Origin: Candidatus Nealsonbacteria bacterium
GTDB taxonomy: Bacteria; Patescibacteriota; Minisyncoccia; Minisyncoccales; UBA6532
NCBI GenBank assembly: GCA_016186485.1
Contig: JACPLN010000003.1
Span: 23,305 to 87,304 of the forward strand
DNA: 64,000 nt
Reading direction: 5' to 3'
Part shown: positions 10,320 through 20,105 of the stretch, one piece after another
Layout: each line of letters begins with the position of its first letter
Numbering within the stretch: position 1 is the stretch's first letter
Made by a program: the position numbers and the translations under genes
The notes under the pieces: model-generated
Seen by the model: only the letters and a program-made list of their open reading frames with translations
Databases searched by the model: none
Told to the model about the DNA's origin: nothing

Positions 10320-11126
10320 ATGCCTAAAAATCAAGTTCTTAGAAGGCCGCATAGGTTTAAAAGAAAAAAACCGATATTGCGCAATCGCTGGTTTTTGATC
10401 GCGCTTTCCTTTATTGTTGCAGCGGTCTTATTTATTTATTTCTTTTCTTTTTCCGGACTATTTCAAATAAAAAAAATAGTTGTCAGCGGAGAAAATAACG
10501 TTTCGGAGGAAGAAATTGGATTTACGATAAGAGAAAGTATTGGCAAAAGAATCCTATTTTGGGAAACAAACAGCATTTTCTGGATCAGCCCGAAATACAT
10601 AGAAAGGGCTATTTTGGACAAATTTCCCCAAATCGCAGATGTTAAGATTAAAAGGGTTTTCCCGGACGGATTGATTTTTACAATAGAAGAACGTCAGGCT
10701 TTAGCGCTGTACAGCCGGAACGGAAACGACTTTTTCCTTGTTGATAAAACAGGGATTGTTTACGAAGAGGTTTTCGCGGCTAAAAATAGCTTGTTTGTAA
10801 TATTGGATAAAGCAAATAAAGAGGCAGTAGCGGCTGGAAAAGAAGCAATGGCAGCAGAACTATTCTTGAAGATTTGGCAACTGAAAGAAAAGATTGAAAA
10901 CCTCGGATTGCTGTTAAAGGGGGTGGAGGTTTTGAGCGAAGAAAGAATTGCGTTTAAAACATCTGAAGATTGGGAAGTATACCTTGACCGGAAAGAAAAC
11001 CTGGATTGGCAGATAGAAAAACTAAAATTGGTTTTAGAAAAACAAATTCCCGCAAAGACCCTGCAGGAATTAGAATATATTGATTTGCGATTCGGGGATA
11101 AGGCTTATTACAGATATAGGGATTGA
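10320..11126 (+). CDS. ftsQ: Cell division protein FtsQ/DivIB
   Basis: Basic N-terminus, one TM segment, POTRA-like region, C-terminal YIDLRF. Confidence 0.85.
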   Translation: MPKNQVLRRPHRFKRKKPILRNRWFLIALSFIVAAVLFIYFFSFSGLFQIKKIVVSGENNVSEEEIGFTIRESIGKRILFWETNSIFWISPKYIERAILDKFPQIADVKIKRVFPDGLIFTIEERQALALYSRNGNDFFLVDKTGIVYEEVFAAKNSLFVILDKANKEAVAAGKEAMAAELFLKIWQLKEKIENLGLLLKGVEVLSEERIAFKTSEDWEVYLDRKENLDWQIEKLKLVLEKQIPAKTLQELEYIDLRFGDKAYYRYRD

Positions 11127-11569
11127 CTTCCCAGAGTTAAAAGAATTACAGCCAAGATGCCGAAATAAACATAAGAAGAGGGGACCGGGCCCATCCATCG
11201 TCTGTGCCAATGGATGTGTTCTTTCTTGAAGCGCTTAAAGCCGTAATGAGGGTTTATAAGAAACCAAGAAAAGTCCTCAAGGATTAAAAATTCAAAAATA
11301 AGACCCGCTATCAATACCTCTTTTAAGAACGTCCAATCGGTAAAGATAAAAACAAAATGAAAAGCAAGAATCAGGAAAAGGTTCATGCCAATATGATATC
11401 CCGTGATTGGCGTTCCCCCAAATATCTTTTTTACAATCCAACCGTCTTCTTTCCGCCAGCAAGGAAGTTTGGCCGCATGTCCGTGCTGGCCTTCAATTTG
11501 TACTTCCCAGTAGGCAAAAACAACAGCTAGGACTGCGGTGTAAATTATTCCCGAAATCGCGTTGAGCAT
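11108..11569 (-). CDS. Hypothetical membrane protein
   Basis: 153-aa ORF, ~4 TM segments, EVQIEG and EDFSWF motifs. Confidence 0.75.
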   Translation of the reverse strand: MLNAISGIIYTAVLAVVFAYWEVQIEGQHGHAAKLPCWRKEDGWIVKKIFGGTPITGYHIGMNLFLILAFHFVFIFTDWTFLKEVLIAGLIFEFLILEDFSWFLINPHYGFKRFKKEHIHWHRRWMGPVPSSYVYFGILAVILLTLGSQSLYL

Positions 11570-11589
11570 AGTACTGTTAATATAATAAC

Positions 11590-13296
11590 TTATTCTTGGA
11601 TATAGTAAATAATTATTGAATTGCCGGCCTTTGCAACGGGGTCATGGTTTTTTAACCAAGATTGATAATAAGAAGAGTTCTGGAACTGGGTTATTGATAT
11701 CGCTATCCAGCCCTTCGGTGTTTCTTCCAGATCTTTTGGATCCAGTTTCTTGTATTTGGCGCCAAGATAGTATTCCGGGTCTTCTCCGCCAAAATAATCC
11801 AAGCGCATCTCTTTGATATTATTTTCCTCAACGAATTTTACCAGCTTTTTAAAATCCTGGCCCCAATCGTAATTTGAATCTACGGCAATTTTATAGCCGT
11901 TTTTCGTTCCCCCGGCTAGCTCGTTGTAATACGGGATATAATCAGGAAAAGCTTTAACAGAAGAAAAAGAGTACCAGCCAAACAGAGAAACAACAAGCAA
12001 CAAAAATGCGGGTTTCAAAGAAAAAGAAATTTTAGAATACAGTTTTTTTATCCCAAAAATGGCAAGCATGTAGACAAACGGCAACGTTGGCAGCAAATGC
12101 CTTATGCCTATATTTAGGTTTCCAGAAAGAGCAACCAGCCAATAAATCACAATAAACAGAAAAAGAGCAAAAATATCAAAATTATCTTTCAGCCAGTCTT
12201 TTAGTTTTGCTTTCCATAAAAACCCAATTATTGCCAATACGGAAAGGAAGTGCAGGGCCAAGGGTATCTTTAAAAGATAGATTATCGGAAAATAGTAGTG
12301 CCAGCCGGACGAGGAAATATTTCCCAAAAAGTAAACTGTATTCCCAAAGCCAACTCTTTGAACGGCCATTAACGCACCTTTTAAGTATTGGCCTAGCGGC
12401 CTTAAAATTGGTTTATCCGCCATCCATACGGTTAAATTTTTAACTGGCGTTAAAGGATTTGGAGCAAGGTGAAACTTCGTGTCAGAAAGCTGTTTTTCGG
12501 GAGGGTAATTAGCGGTATGAAAAGAGTAAACCGGCCAAATAACAAAAATCGTTCCTATTAATACTGCTGTTATTCCCAGGAATAAGTGCCGGCGGAGTTT
12601 TTTAGAAAAAACAATCGGATACAAAACGGTTATGGTGGCAAAAAACGGTATTAATAAAACAAGAGAAAACTTTAACAGCATTGCTATTCCAAACGATAGT
12701 CCGGCAAGAACAATATTTATTTTTTTCTGGCTTTTTAATAGTTTTAGCCAAAAATAGGTAGACAAAACAGCTCCTAGGCTAGCTCCGACATCCGTGGTTA
12801 CCAGCCTGCCCATGGCAATAAAAGTGGGGGAGAATGAAAAAAGAAATAAAACAGCAAGGCTCATCCAATTCCCGCCAAGCTCCTTTGCCCATTTAAACAA
12901 CATCCATCCCAGGAGCATCAAGACAAAAAGCATCGGCAGTCTTGCAAAGAATATAATTTTTTGGGGGTTGTTTCCGGAGCGAAAAATGAAATCTCTGCCA
13001 AAATTAAACTGAACCCACCATTGGGGATTTTCTTTTTGGACCCAGTTTTGGTTTTCCGAAGGAAAGTTTAGGTTTAAAAAAAGAAGGGGAAGGGCAGCTA
13101 AATCTTTAATCAATGGAGGGTGCTCCGGGTTTAGTCTGTAATCTTTTTGGGTTAAATAAGAATAGCCGGCTCCAATATGCGCCAATTCATCAAAAGTCAG
13201 GGAATCTTCTTTCATGCTTAAAAAAGCCGCGCTAAACATTATCACCAGTAAAATCAGAGCTAAAATATTAGTTGCTCGGTTAGAGATGAAAAGCAT
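11590..13296 (-). CDS. GT-C membrane glycosyltransferase (PMT/ArnT-like)
   Basis: TFDE..H, NPEHPPL, DSNYDWGQD motifs; many TM segments. Confidence 0.85.
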   Translation of the reverse strand: MLFISNRATNILALILLVIMFSAAFLSMKEDSLTFDELAHIGAGYSYLTQKDYRLNPEHPPLIKDLAALPLLFLNLNFPSENQNWVQKENPQWWVQFNFGRDFIFRSGNNPQKIIFFARLPMLFVLMLLGWMLFKWAKELGGNWMSLAVLFLFSFSPTFIAMGRLVTTDVGASLGAVLSTYFWLKLLKSQKKINIVLAGLSFGIAMLLKFSLVLLIPFFATITVLYPIVFSKKLRRHLFLGITAVLIGTIFVIWPVYSFHTANYPPEKQLSDTKFHLAPNPLTPVKNLTVWMADKPILRPLGQYLKGALMAVQRVGFGNTVYFLGNISSSGWHYYFPIIYLLKIPLALHFLSVLAIIGFLWKAKLKDWLKDNFDIFALFLFIVIYWLVALSGNLNIGIRHLLPTLPFVYMLAIFGIKKLYSKISFSLKPAFLLLVVSLFGWYSFSSVKAFPDYIPYYNELAGGTKNGYKIAVDSNYDWGQDFKKLVKFVEENNIKEMRLDYFGGEDPEYYLGAKYKKLDPKDLEETPKGWIAISITQFQNSSYYQSWLKNHDPVAKAGNSIIIYYIQE

Positions 13297-13343
13297 AAAA
13301 TTATTGCTTCATTTTAACATAATTTCGTGATATCCTGTATTAA

Positions 13344-14585
13344 ATGAGGCTTCAAGGGTTTAAAAATAAAAAGATATTGATTTTGGGATTCGGGGTTGAG
13401 GGGAAAGATGCCTTTGGGTTTTTAAAAAAGGTTTTTCCAAAGCAAAGGATAGCAATTTCAGATAAAAAAAGGCGAGGGCAATACCTTAAGTGTCTGAAAA
13501 ATTATGATATAGTTATAAAATCTCCCGGAATTTCTCCGAAAGAGTTGGCAAAAGGCCTTTCAGAAGCAAAAAACCGCCCAATAATTACTTCGGTTACAGA
13601 CATTTTTTTTAACAACTGCAAGAGCAAAATCATAGGTATTACGGGAACCAAGGGAAAAAGCACAACCTCTTCCTTGATTTACCACATTTTAAAAAAGGCG
13701 GGAAAGAAAGTTTATTTAGTGGGAAATATCGGCAAACCTCCCTTAAAATTATTGCTTTCATCTAAACCAGAAGACATTTTTGTATATGAGCTTTCAAGCC
13801 ATCAGCTCTTGGGCCTGAAAAAGAGTCCGCAGATCGCCGTTCTTTTGAATATTTACAGAGAACATCTGGATTATTATCGTAGTTTCAATGAATATATAAA
13901 TGCAAAAGCGAACATAACAAAATACCAAAGTAAAAACGATTACCTTGTTTTTAACGAAAAAGACCCCATTGTTTCAGAGATGGCAAAGAAGACGAATGCA
14001 AAAAAAGTTCCTTTTCGGGGAGAATTCTACCAGGGCGATATAGCGGCGGCAAAAGCTGTTTGCAAAATTCTAAAAATTCCTTATTTAAAAATAGAATCTG
14101 CCGTAAAAAGCTTTAAATTTTTGCCCCATCGTCTGGAGTTAGTCGGCAGGTTTAAAGGGATCACTTTTTATAACGATTCTTTAGCAACTATACCGGAGGC
14201 CGCAATTATGGCGATGAAATCTTTGGGCGGGGGCGTAGAAACATTAATTTTAGGCGGATTTGAGAGGTTTTATGATTTTAGCGATTTAGCCAAAGAAATT
14301 TTAAACAGAGAAATTAAAACGATTATTTTTTTTCCGACTACCGGATTCAGGATTTGGCAGGAGCTGGTAAAATTAGGAAGGAAAAAGAAAACAATCCTGC
14401 CAAAGCGCTTTTTCGTAAAAGATATGAAGGAAGCGGTAAGAATTGCTTACGGGAATACTTCCAGAAACAAAATTTGTCTTATGTCTCCGGCCTCGCCAAG
14501 CTTTTCTATTTTTAAAGATTATAAAGAAAGAGGAGACCTGTTTAAAAAGTACGTAAAGCAACTTGGTAAAAATGGCAAAAATTAG
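13344..14585 (+). CDS. murD: UDP-MurNAc-L-Ala--Glu ligase (MurD, possibly the L-Glu-adding MurD2 type)
   Basis: KSPGI, GITGTKGKSTT, ELSSHQL, HRLE, NDSLAT, SPASPS...YKERG. Confidence 0.93.
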   Translation: MRLQGFKNKKILILGFGVEGKDAFGFLKKVFPKQRIAISDKKRRGQYLKCLKNYDIVIKSPGISPKELAKGLSEAKNRPIITSVTDIFFNNCKSKIIGITGTKGKSTTSSLIYHILKKAGKKVYLVGNIGKPPLKLLLSSKPEDIFVYELSSHQLLGLKKSPQIAVLLNIYREHLDYYRSFNEYINAKANITKYQSKNDYLVFNEKDPIVSEMAKKTNAKKVPFRGEFYQGDIAAAKAVCKILKIPYLKIESAVKSFKFLPHRLELVGRFKGITFYNDSLATIPEAAIMAMKSLGGGVETLILGGFERFYDFSDLAKEILNREIKTIIFFPTTGFRIWQELVKLGRKKKTILPKRFFVKDMKEAVRIAYGNTSRNKICLMSPASPSFSIFKDYKERGDLFKKYVKQLGKNGKN

Positions 14586-15660
14586 TTCGCATCAAAACTT
14601 TGATTATATTTTGTTCTGGGTTTGCGCGATACTGGTTGTTTTGGGCATAATTGCCCTAACCAGCGTGTCTGTTGACAGCTCTTTGGAAATTTTCGGCATT
14701 CCTTACTATTTTATTTCCCACCAGCTTATTTACGGATTGGCGCCCGGAATTCTGCTCGCTTTTTTATTATCAAGGCTTAAGATAGAAAAGCTTTACAAAT
14801 GGGCTATAATTTTTCTTTTAATAAGCATTTTATTTTTAGGTTTAGTATTTGTTCCGCAATTGGGGATTTCTGTCGGCGGGGCAACCAGATGGCTGAAATT
14901 CGGGCCAGTATCTTTTCAGCCTTCAGAGCTGTTTAAAATATCTTTCTTTATTTATCTTGCAGCCCTGCTTTCAAAGGATACTTTTTCAAACCGGCTGTTT
15001 ATCTTCCTGCTTATTATTGGAGCAGCAGGCATTTTTTTGGTCTTGCAGCCGAATGTAGGCACGTTGGGCATAATATTTTTGGTTGCCAGCGTTACATATT
15101 TTTTATCCAATGCGCCGGTTTTGCATACGCTACTTATTTTTTTGCTCGGTTTTTCGTCGGTAGCTGTTTTAACAAAGATAGCTCCTTACAGGTTCAATAG
15201 ATTTTTGGTATTTTTAAATCCGGAGGTAGATCCAATTGGAATAGGATACCAAATAAAGCAGGCTTTAATTGCGGTTGGATCCGGGGGAATTACCGGCCTT
15301 GGTTTTGGGATGAGCGTTCAAAAGCTTGGTTTTCTCCCGGAACCCATGACCGATGCCATTTTTGCCGTTTTTGCGGAAGAAACCGGTTTTATAGGAAGCC
15401 TGATATTAATTATTCTATTTTCTTTATTTTTATGGCGCGGTTTTTACATTGCAAGGATGGTCCAGGATAAATTTCAAAAGCTTCTTTGCCTATCAATTAC
15501 TTTCTGGATAGTTTTGCAGGCTTTTATCAATATAGGCGCAATGATTGGAATCCTTCCTCTTACGGGAATTCCGTTGCCATTTATGAGTTATGGCGGTTCG
15601 GCGATAATAGCTGAATTAGCCGGAGTGGGTATACTTTTAAATATTTCAAGAAACATATGA
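14572..15660 (+). CDS. ftsW: SEDS peptidoglycan polymerase FtsW
   Basis: GATRW, FQPSE, GYQIKQ, LPEPMTD, TGIPLPFMSYGGS; start placed at ATG 14572. Confidence 0.93.
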   Translation: MAKISSHQNFDYILFWVCAILVVLGIIALTSVSVDSSLEIFGIPYYFISHQLIYGLAPGILLAFLLSRLKIEKLYKWAIIFLLISILFLGLVFVPQLGISVGGATRWLKFGPVSFQPSELFKISFFIYLAALLSKDTFSNRLFIFLLIIGAAGIFLVLQPNVGTLGIIFLVASVTYFLSNAPVLHTLLIFLLGFSSVAVLTKIAPYRFNRFLVFLNPEVDPIGIGYQIKQALIAVGSGGITGLGFGMSVQKLGFLPEPMTDAIFAVFAEETGFIGSLILIILFSLFLWRGFYIARMVQDKFQKLLCLSITFWIVLQAFINIGAMIGILPLTGIPLPFMSYGGSAIIAELAGVGILLNISRNI

Positions 15661-16775
15661 AAATACTTTTTACTGGCGGGGGAAGCGGAGGCCATATTGT
15701 GCCCATAATTGCCATAGTCAGGGAAATAAGAAGAATTGCTCCAAAAGAGCTGCTGTTAACTTTTTATTACATAGGCCCCAAAGACCCTTTTGGAGATATG
15801 CTGATTAGCCAAGAGGGAATAGAAATAAAGAATATTTTAGCCGGGAAAATAAGGAGGTATTTTACCTGGCGAAGCTTGCTGGAAAACGTCGCAGATTTAT
15901 TTAAAATCCCAATAGGCATTCTCCAGTCGTTTTTTTACGTTTTTGTTTTTGCCCCGGATTTAATTTTAAGCAAAGGAGGATACGGTTCTTTCCCGGCAGT
16001 TTTTGCGGGTTGGATATTGCAAGTCCCAATATTTTTGCACGAGTCGGATGTTTCCCCGGGTTTAGCCAGCAAAGTCCAAAGCCCTTTTGCCTTTAAAATT
16101 TTCACTTCTTTTCCAAAGACAGAATATTTTTCTCTAAAGAAGGTGATTTATGCCGGAAATCCGATTCGCAGGGAGATTTTGGAAGGATCAAAGGAAGAAG
16201 CCAGGAAAATTTTTAATCTGACCCTTGAAAAACCGGTTATCCTTATTACCGGCGGTTCCCAGGGAGCTCAGAAAATAAACGATACAATCCTTGATATTCT
16301 GCCGGGTCTTTTGGATAATTTTGAATTAATCCATGTTTGCGGAGAAAACAACCTAAAGCAAATAGGCGCAGAAGCAAAGGCGGTGATAACAAAAGAAGCC
16401 GAAAAATATTATCATCTTTACCCTTTCTTAAAGGAAATAGAAATAAAGCATGCTTATTTGGCCGCAGACCTTATTATCAGCAGGGCCGGCTCTGGTTCCA
16501 TTTTTGAAATTGCCGCTGTGGGCAAACCAAGCATTTTAGTGCCGCTGTCGGGATCAGCCCAGAATCATCAAATAAAGAATGCCTATGCCTACGGCCAGGA
16601 GGGAACAACAATAGTAATGGAAGAAGAGAATTTAACCCCTCATTTTTTCCTGGAGAAGCTTAAGTATTTGTTTTCCCACCATGAAGAATTGGAAAAAATG
16701 TCTATTGCAGCTAAAAGCTTTGCAAAACCCGAAGCCGCAAGGTTAATAGCGCAATACCTATTGACAAACTATTAA
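15657..16775 (+). CDS. murG: MurG glycosyltransferase
   Basis: TGGGSGGH, GNPIR, GGSQGA, SRAGS, HQIKNA. Confidence 0.95.
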   Translation: MKILFTGGGSGGHIVPIIAIVREIRRIAPKELLLTFYYIGPKDPFGDMLISQEGIEIKNILAGKIRRYFTWRSLLENVADLFKIPIGILQSFFYVFVFAPDLILSKGGYGSFPAVFAGWILQVPIFLHESDVSPGLASKVQSPFAFKIFTSFPKTEYFSLKKVIYAGNPIRREILEGSKEEARKIFNLTLEKPVILITGGSQGAQKINDTILDILPGLLDNFELIHVCGENNLKQIGAEAKAVITKEAEKYYHLYPFLKEIEIKHAYLAADLIISRAGSGSIFEIAAVGKPSILVPLSGSAQNHQIKNAYAYGQEGTTIVMEEENLTPHFFLEKLKYLFSHHEELEKMSIAAKSFAKPEAARLIAQYLLTNY

Positions 16776-16804
16776 TATAATGATATAATGTTGAAAGAGA
16801 AAGG

Positions 16805-17089
16805 ATGATAACGTCTTTAACGGACACCCAGACAACCATCGCCCAGGCGCTTGCAAAACTGGTAAGGGCGGATCCAGAAAAAATCACTATTCAGGGGGCC
16901 ATCTTTTACTATCAAGGAGAGCCGCTTGCCGAAAGCGACCCGACAATAGGACTCATTGCTATCAGAAAAAAACATCCTATAGTAAATATGGCTCTGGAGA
17001 ACAAGGCAAGGTATAATATACTACTGAATATGTCGGATCTGTACCGCTGGGCGAAAAAAACACAGGTGCGGCCAAGCCATCAAACTTAG
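16805..17089 (+). CDS. Hypothetical protein (ORFan)
   Basis: Preceded by TTGACA-17-TATAAT (16761-16789) and AAGG; followed by hairpin and T-tract. Confidence 0.7.
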   Translation: MITSLTDTQTTIAQALAKLVRADPEKITIQGAIFYYQGEPLAESDPTIGLIAIRKKHPIVNMALENKARYNILLNMSDLYRWAKKTQVRPSHQT

Positions 17090-17161
17090 TTAAAAAGTTT
17101 GTTAGCTGCCGCCACTTTTTTATTTATTGACTATATTGCCGAGGATGTTTAACCTAAACAG

Positions 17162-17479
17162 ATGGGAATGCACCTTAAATTAATTGAGAGGGATGATTTT
17201 TATCTTATTGTCTTTGATATTCCTCAAGAGGGATTTCCAAAAGCTCTTTTTGAAAAGATGCTGCAGAAGGCAATTGCAAAAACTTCAGGCAAAAAACCAA
17301 TTCTTCTGAATGGCTGCGGTCCGAACTGGGCAGTAAACCGCGTTGTTGAAGCAAGCGCAGATGTGTCGCCGGCATTGGCAATCCTTGACGCTGATAAGGA
17401 GGGGTATGTGGTTTTCTTGACTCGTCGCCCCAATTATTACCAGTTTGGCAAGCTAATCTCTAGTTTTCCCGCGTTGTAG
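17162..17479 (+). CDS. Csx3/Crn3-like small protein (divergent)
   Basis: Size and pattern (LIVFDI...PILLNGCGPNW...LAILD...YVVF...FGKLI) resemble Csx3 (VISGRGPxW...VAVYDPR..AVVV.SH); own promoter TTGACT-17-TAACCT. Confidence 0.6.
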   Translation: MGMHLKLIERDDFYLIVFDIPQEGFPKALFEKMLQKAIAKTSGKKPILLNGCGPNWAVNRVVEASADVSPALAILDADKEGYVVFLTRRPNYYQFGKLISSFPAL

Positions 17480-17556
17480 CAAAGCTTGACAAAATTTTGT
17501 CTTTTGCTAGAATGCACTCGGTTCTTAGAAAACCAAATAGGTGAAAGTGAAAAAAA

Positions 17557-18144
17557 ATGGGTAAAGGACTAATAATAGGGGTGGTAGGCATCTTGGCGGT
17601 CCTCGTTATCGCCGGGATACTTTGGGGAAGCTATGTCAACCTGGTAGGAAAAGAAGAAACCGTTATAAAGCGAGACTCTAATCTGGACGTAGCCTATCAG
17701 AGAAGTCTTGATGAGATTGACGGCAAAATCGCCACAATGAAAATTGAGCCAGTATACTACAACATGGTTTATTTGCCATACGCACAGGCTAGAGAAGGTT
17801 ACCTTCAGGCGAATAAAACCGGAGACACAACGCAACTTGACAAGGGTATTTCTGAGGTAAAGAGCGCCATTAATGTCATCAATGTAGTGGCAAGGACAGA
17901 ATCTGTTCCTCCGGTTGTTTTGAAAGCGGTGCAGGCTTTAAGCGATTCAATCACTAACATAGAAGGCATCAAAAATCAGGAGAGAAGGCTTTATAATGAT
18001 GCTGTTCAAGACTATAGACAGACAGTAAGAACAACGCCTTGGGCAGGACCTCTTGGTTTTAGCGTAGATAAATACAAGCCATTTGAGGCCCAACCAGGAG
18101 CCGAAAGACCTGATTACAAAGGACGGATTGAAGGGGGCAAATAA
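17557..18144 (+). CDS. lemA: LemA family protein
   Basis: N-terminal TM, SNLDVAYQR, ERRLYNDAVQDY...P...LGF pattern. Confidence 0.8.
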   Translation: MGKGLIIGVVGILAVLVIAGILWGSYVNLVGKEETVIKRDSNLDVAYQRSLDEIDGKIATMKIEPVYYNMVYLPYAQAREGYLQANKTGDTTQLDKGISEVKSAINVINVVARTESVPPVVLKAVQALSDSITNIEGIKNQERRLYNDAVQDYRQTVRTTPWAGPLGFSVDKYKPFEAQPGAERPDYKGRIEGGK

Positions 18145-18190
18145 TTAGGGGGCAAATACTCCCTAATTTTTACAAAAGGAGATGATATAA

Positions 18191-20035
18191 TTGTACAGAT
18201 ACCAAGAAAATAGACGAAGGAGAGAGAAGAAATCTATTCCGGCCATAATAATTGGACTTCTTCTTCTGGCGGGCGCCCTATACTTCACCGTACCGGCTAG
18301 TGTGGCAAAGATTTCTGAACCGAAAGGAGTACCACTTATTGTCGGTACAAGCACGCCCTTTGAGCCATTTGAAGCGAAAAAAGGAAACGAGATTATGGGA
18401 GTAGATATTGATATTGCAAAAGAAGTCGCCAAAAAGCTAGGACGAAGCCTGGTGGTAAAAGATATGGAATTTGACGTTCTCTTGCATGCCTTGAACCAGA
18501 GCCAGGTGCATATGGTTGCTTCGGGACTTACCATTACAGAAGAAAGGGACAAAAAAGAGGGAGTGGACTTCTCAATTCCATATTACGAAATTGACCAAGG
18601 AGTCTTAACTAGTAATAACGCCTTCTTATGCCAAAACACCTGTGAGCCAAAAGACTTCGTGGGTATGAAAGTTGGTTTTCAGCAAGGAACAACGAGCCAG
18701 GACTGGATTCTTGATAACCTAGTGAATAAAACCGAAGTAGCTCGTTTTGAAGCTTTTGGCGATCTTAAAGATGCTATACAGATGCTAAGAGAGGGTTCTC
18801 TGGATGTCATTATAATTGACTATCCGGTTGCCAAACTTTTGGCAATCCAAGAATTGAGGGTAGCTGGAAAAATTGAGACTCATGAGCAATACGGTATTGC
18901 CGTAAAAGAAGGGGATCCGGAAAAGCTTCTTCTAACGATCAACGCAGTACTGAAAGAGATGAAAGGAAAAGGGGAGATAAATAAACTGGTGGAAAAGTAT
19001 CAACCAAAGCCAGAACCGGAAAGCAAAGATAAAAAGGGTGCCCAAGCAATACAGCCATTTGGTATTCCTAAAGCTTTCGCTGACCACAAAAAGTATCCAG
19101 ACAGAGGGAAATACATCTATGACGCAGGAGAGAGATTATCAATAAATGAGAAAGCGGATCTCGCTGCTAGGTTATGGAACCTAGACGTAAGGACCGACCA
19201 TGAAGTGCTCGTTGTTTTACCCAAAGAAAAACCAGAGAGCGAGTTAGACCTTATTGATTCCTTCAGAAAGTTAGGCGTAGGGAAAGACATGCACAATGGA
19301 ATAGCATTATTTATTTTACCCGATAATGCCTGGTTTGTAGGAATTGGCATGGGCAATCAATACTTTTCTATTCACGAAGCGCGCGATTTCGGCGAGGTAA
19401 ACGGTTCTCTTAACGATATTGGAAGCGTTGGATTGGCCAAAAGCCTTCAAAAGTTCGTAACCTCTGTAGATAAAGATATTAAAGCAAGTGTTGACCTAGA
19501 AACGCAAGAAAGCTGGGGAGTAGGAGCCCTTGAATGGGGACCAGTTGTAACCGGTTGGATTTCTATTGGTGCTCTAGGAATATTCTTGTTTAAACAAAGA
19601 GATGGTTATCAGAACACAGATTTAATAGGACCTATAATATGCTTTTTGTTCCTTATTGGTTTCTTTGGAGCAGCCGCGGCTTCAGCCAGCGGAGAGTTTG
19701 ACAGCTACACAAATTATGGCTATGTTACCTCCACGAAATTAAGCTCCAAGCTCCACACCCATACCCATGTTGTCTCAACTGGAAAAACCACTAGAGTATA
19801 CTATACCTATCACACGCATTACTACAACGATGTTAGGCTGTTAAGCTACGAAAAGAAACAATACAGCCATACGTTCTTTTCAGAAGATTCAAAGTCAGCA
19901 TGGGAACATAAGATAGGAGAGGTGGATTCGCTAGAGATTAACTTAAAGAACGACGTTCTGGTAGGAGTCGGGGTTGTTCAGGACCCTGGCGGACACAAAG
20001 AAGAAGTAATTAATACTCTTTGGGGAAAAAGATAA
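18191..20035 (+). CDS. Fusion of polar amino-acid substrate-binding domain, TPM-like domain, 2 TM segments and a His-rich C-terminal domain
   Basis: PFEPFE...GVDIDIA...TITEER...DFSIPYY (SBP family 3); IYDAGERLS...LGVGKD.HNGIALFI (TPM-like). Confidence 0.75.
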   Translation: MYRYQENRRRREKKSIPAIIIGLLLLAGALYFTVPASVAKISEPKGVPLIVGTSTPFEPFEAKKGNEIMGVDIDIAKEVAKKLGRSLVVKDMEFDVLLHALNQSQVHMVASGLTITEERDKKEGVDFSIPYYEIDQGVLTSNNAFLCQNTCEPKDFVGMKVGFQQGTTSQDWILDNLVNKTEVARFEAFGDLKDAIQMLREGSLDVIIIDYPVAKLLAIQELRVAGKIETHEQYGIAVKEGDPEKLLLTINAVLKEMKGKGEINKLVEKYQPKPEPESKDKKGAQAIQPFGIPKAFADHKKYPDRGKYIYDAGERLSINEKADLAARLWNLDVRTDHEVLVVLPKEKPESELDLIDSFRKLGVGKDMHNGIALFILPDNAWFVGIGMGNQYFSIHEARDFGEVNGSLNDIGSVGLAKSLQKFVTSVDKDIKASVDLETQESWGVGALEWGPVVTGWISIGALGIFLFKQRDGYQNTDLIGPIICFLFLIGFFGAAAASASGEFDSYTNYGYVTSTKLSSKLHTHTHVVSTGKTTRVYYTYHTHYYNDVRLLSYEKKQYSHTFFSEDSKSAWEHKIGEVDSLEINLKNDVLVGVGVVQDPGGHKEEVINTLWGKR

Positions 20036-20046
20036 GTAAAAAGAAG

Positions 20047-20072
20047 GGACTATCATAGATAGTCCGTTTTTT
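20047..20072 (+). terminator. Intrinsic terminator
   Basis: GGACTATC/GATAGTCC stem plus T-tract. Confidence 0.75.
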
Positions 20073-20105
20073 ATTGCTTATATGCTAGGATAAAAATAGG
20101 GGATT

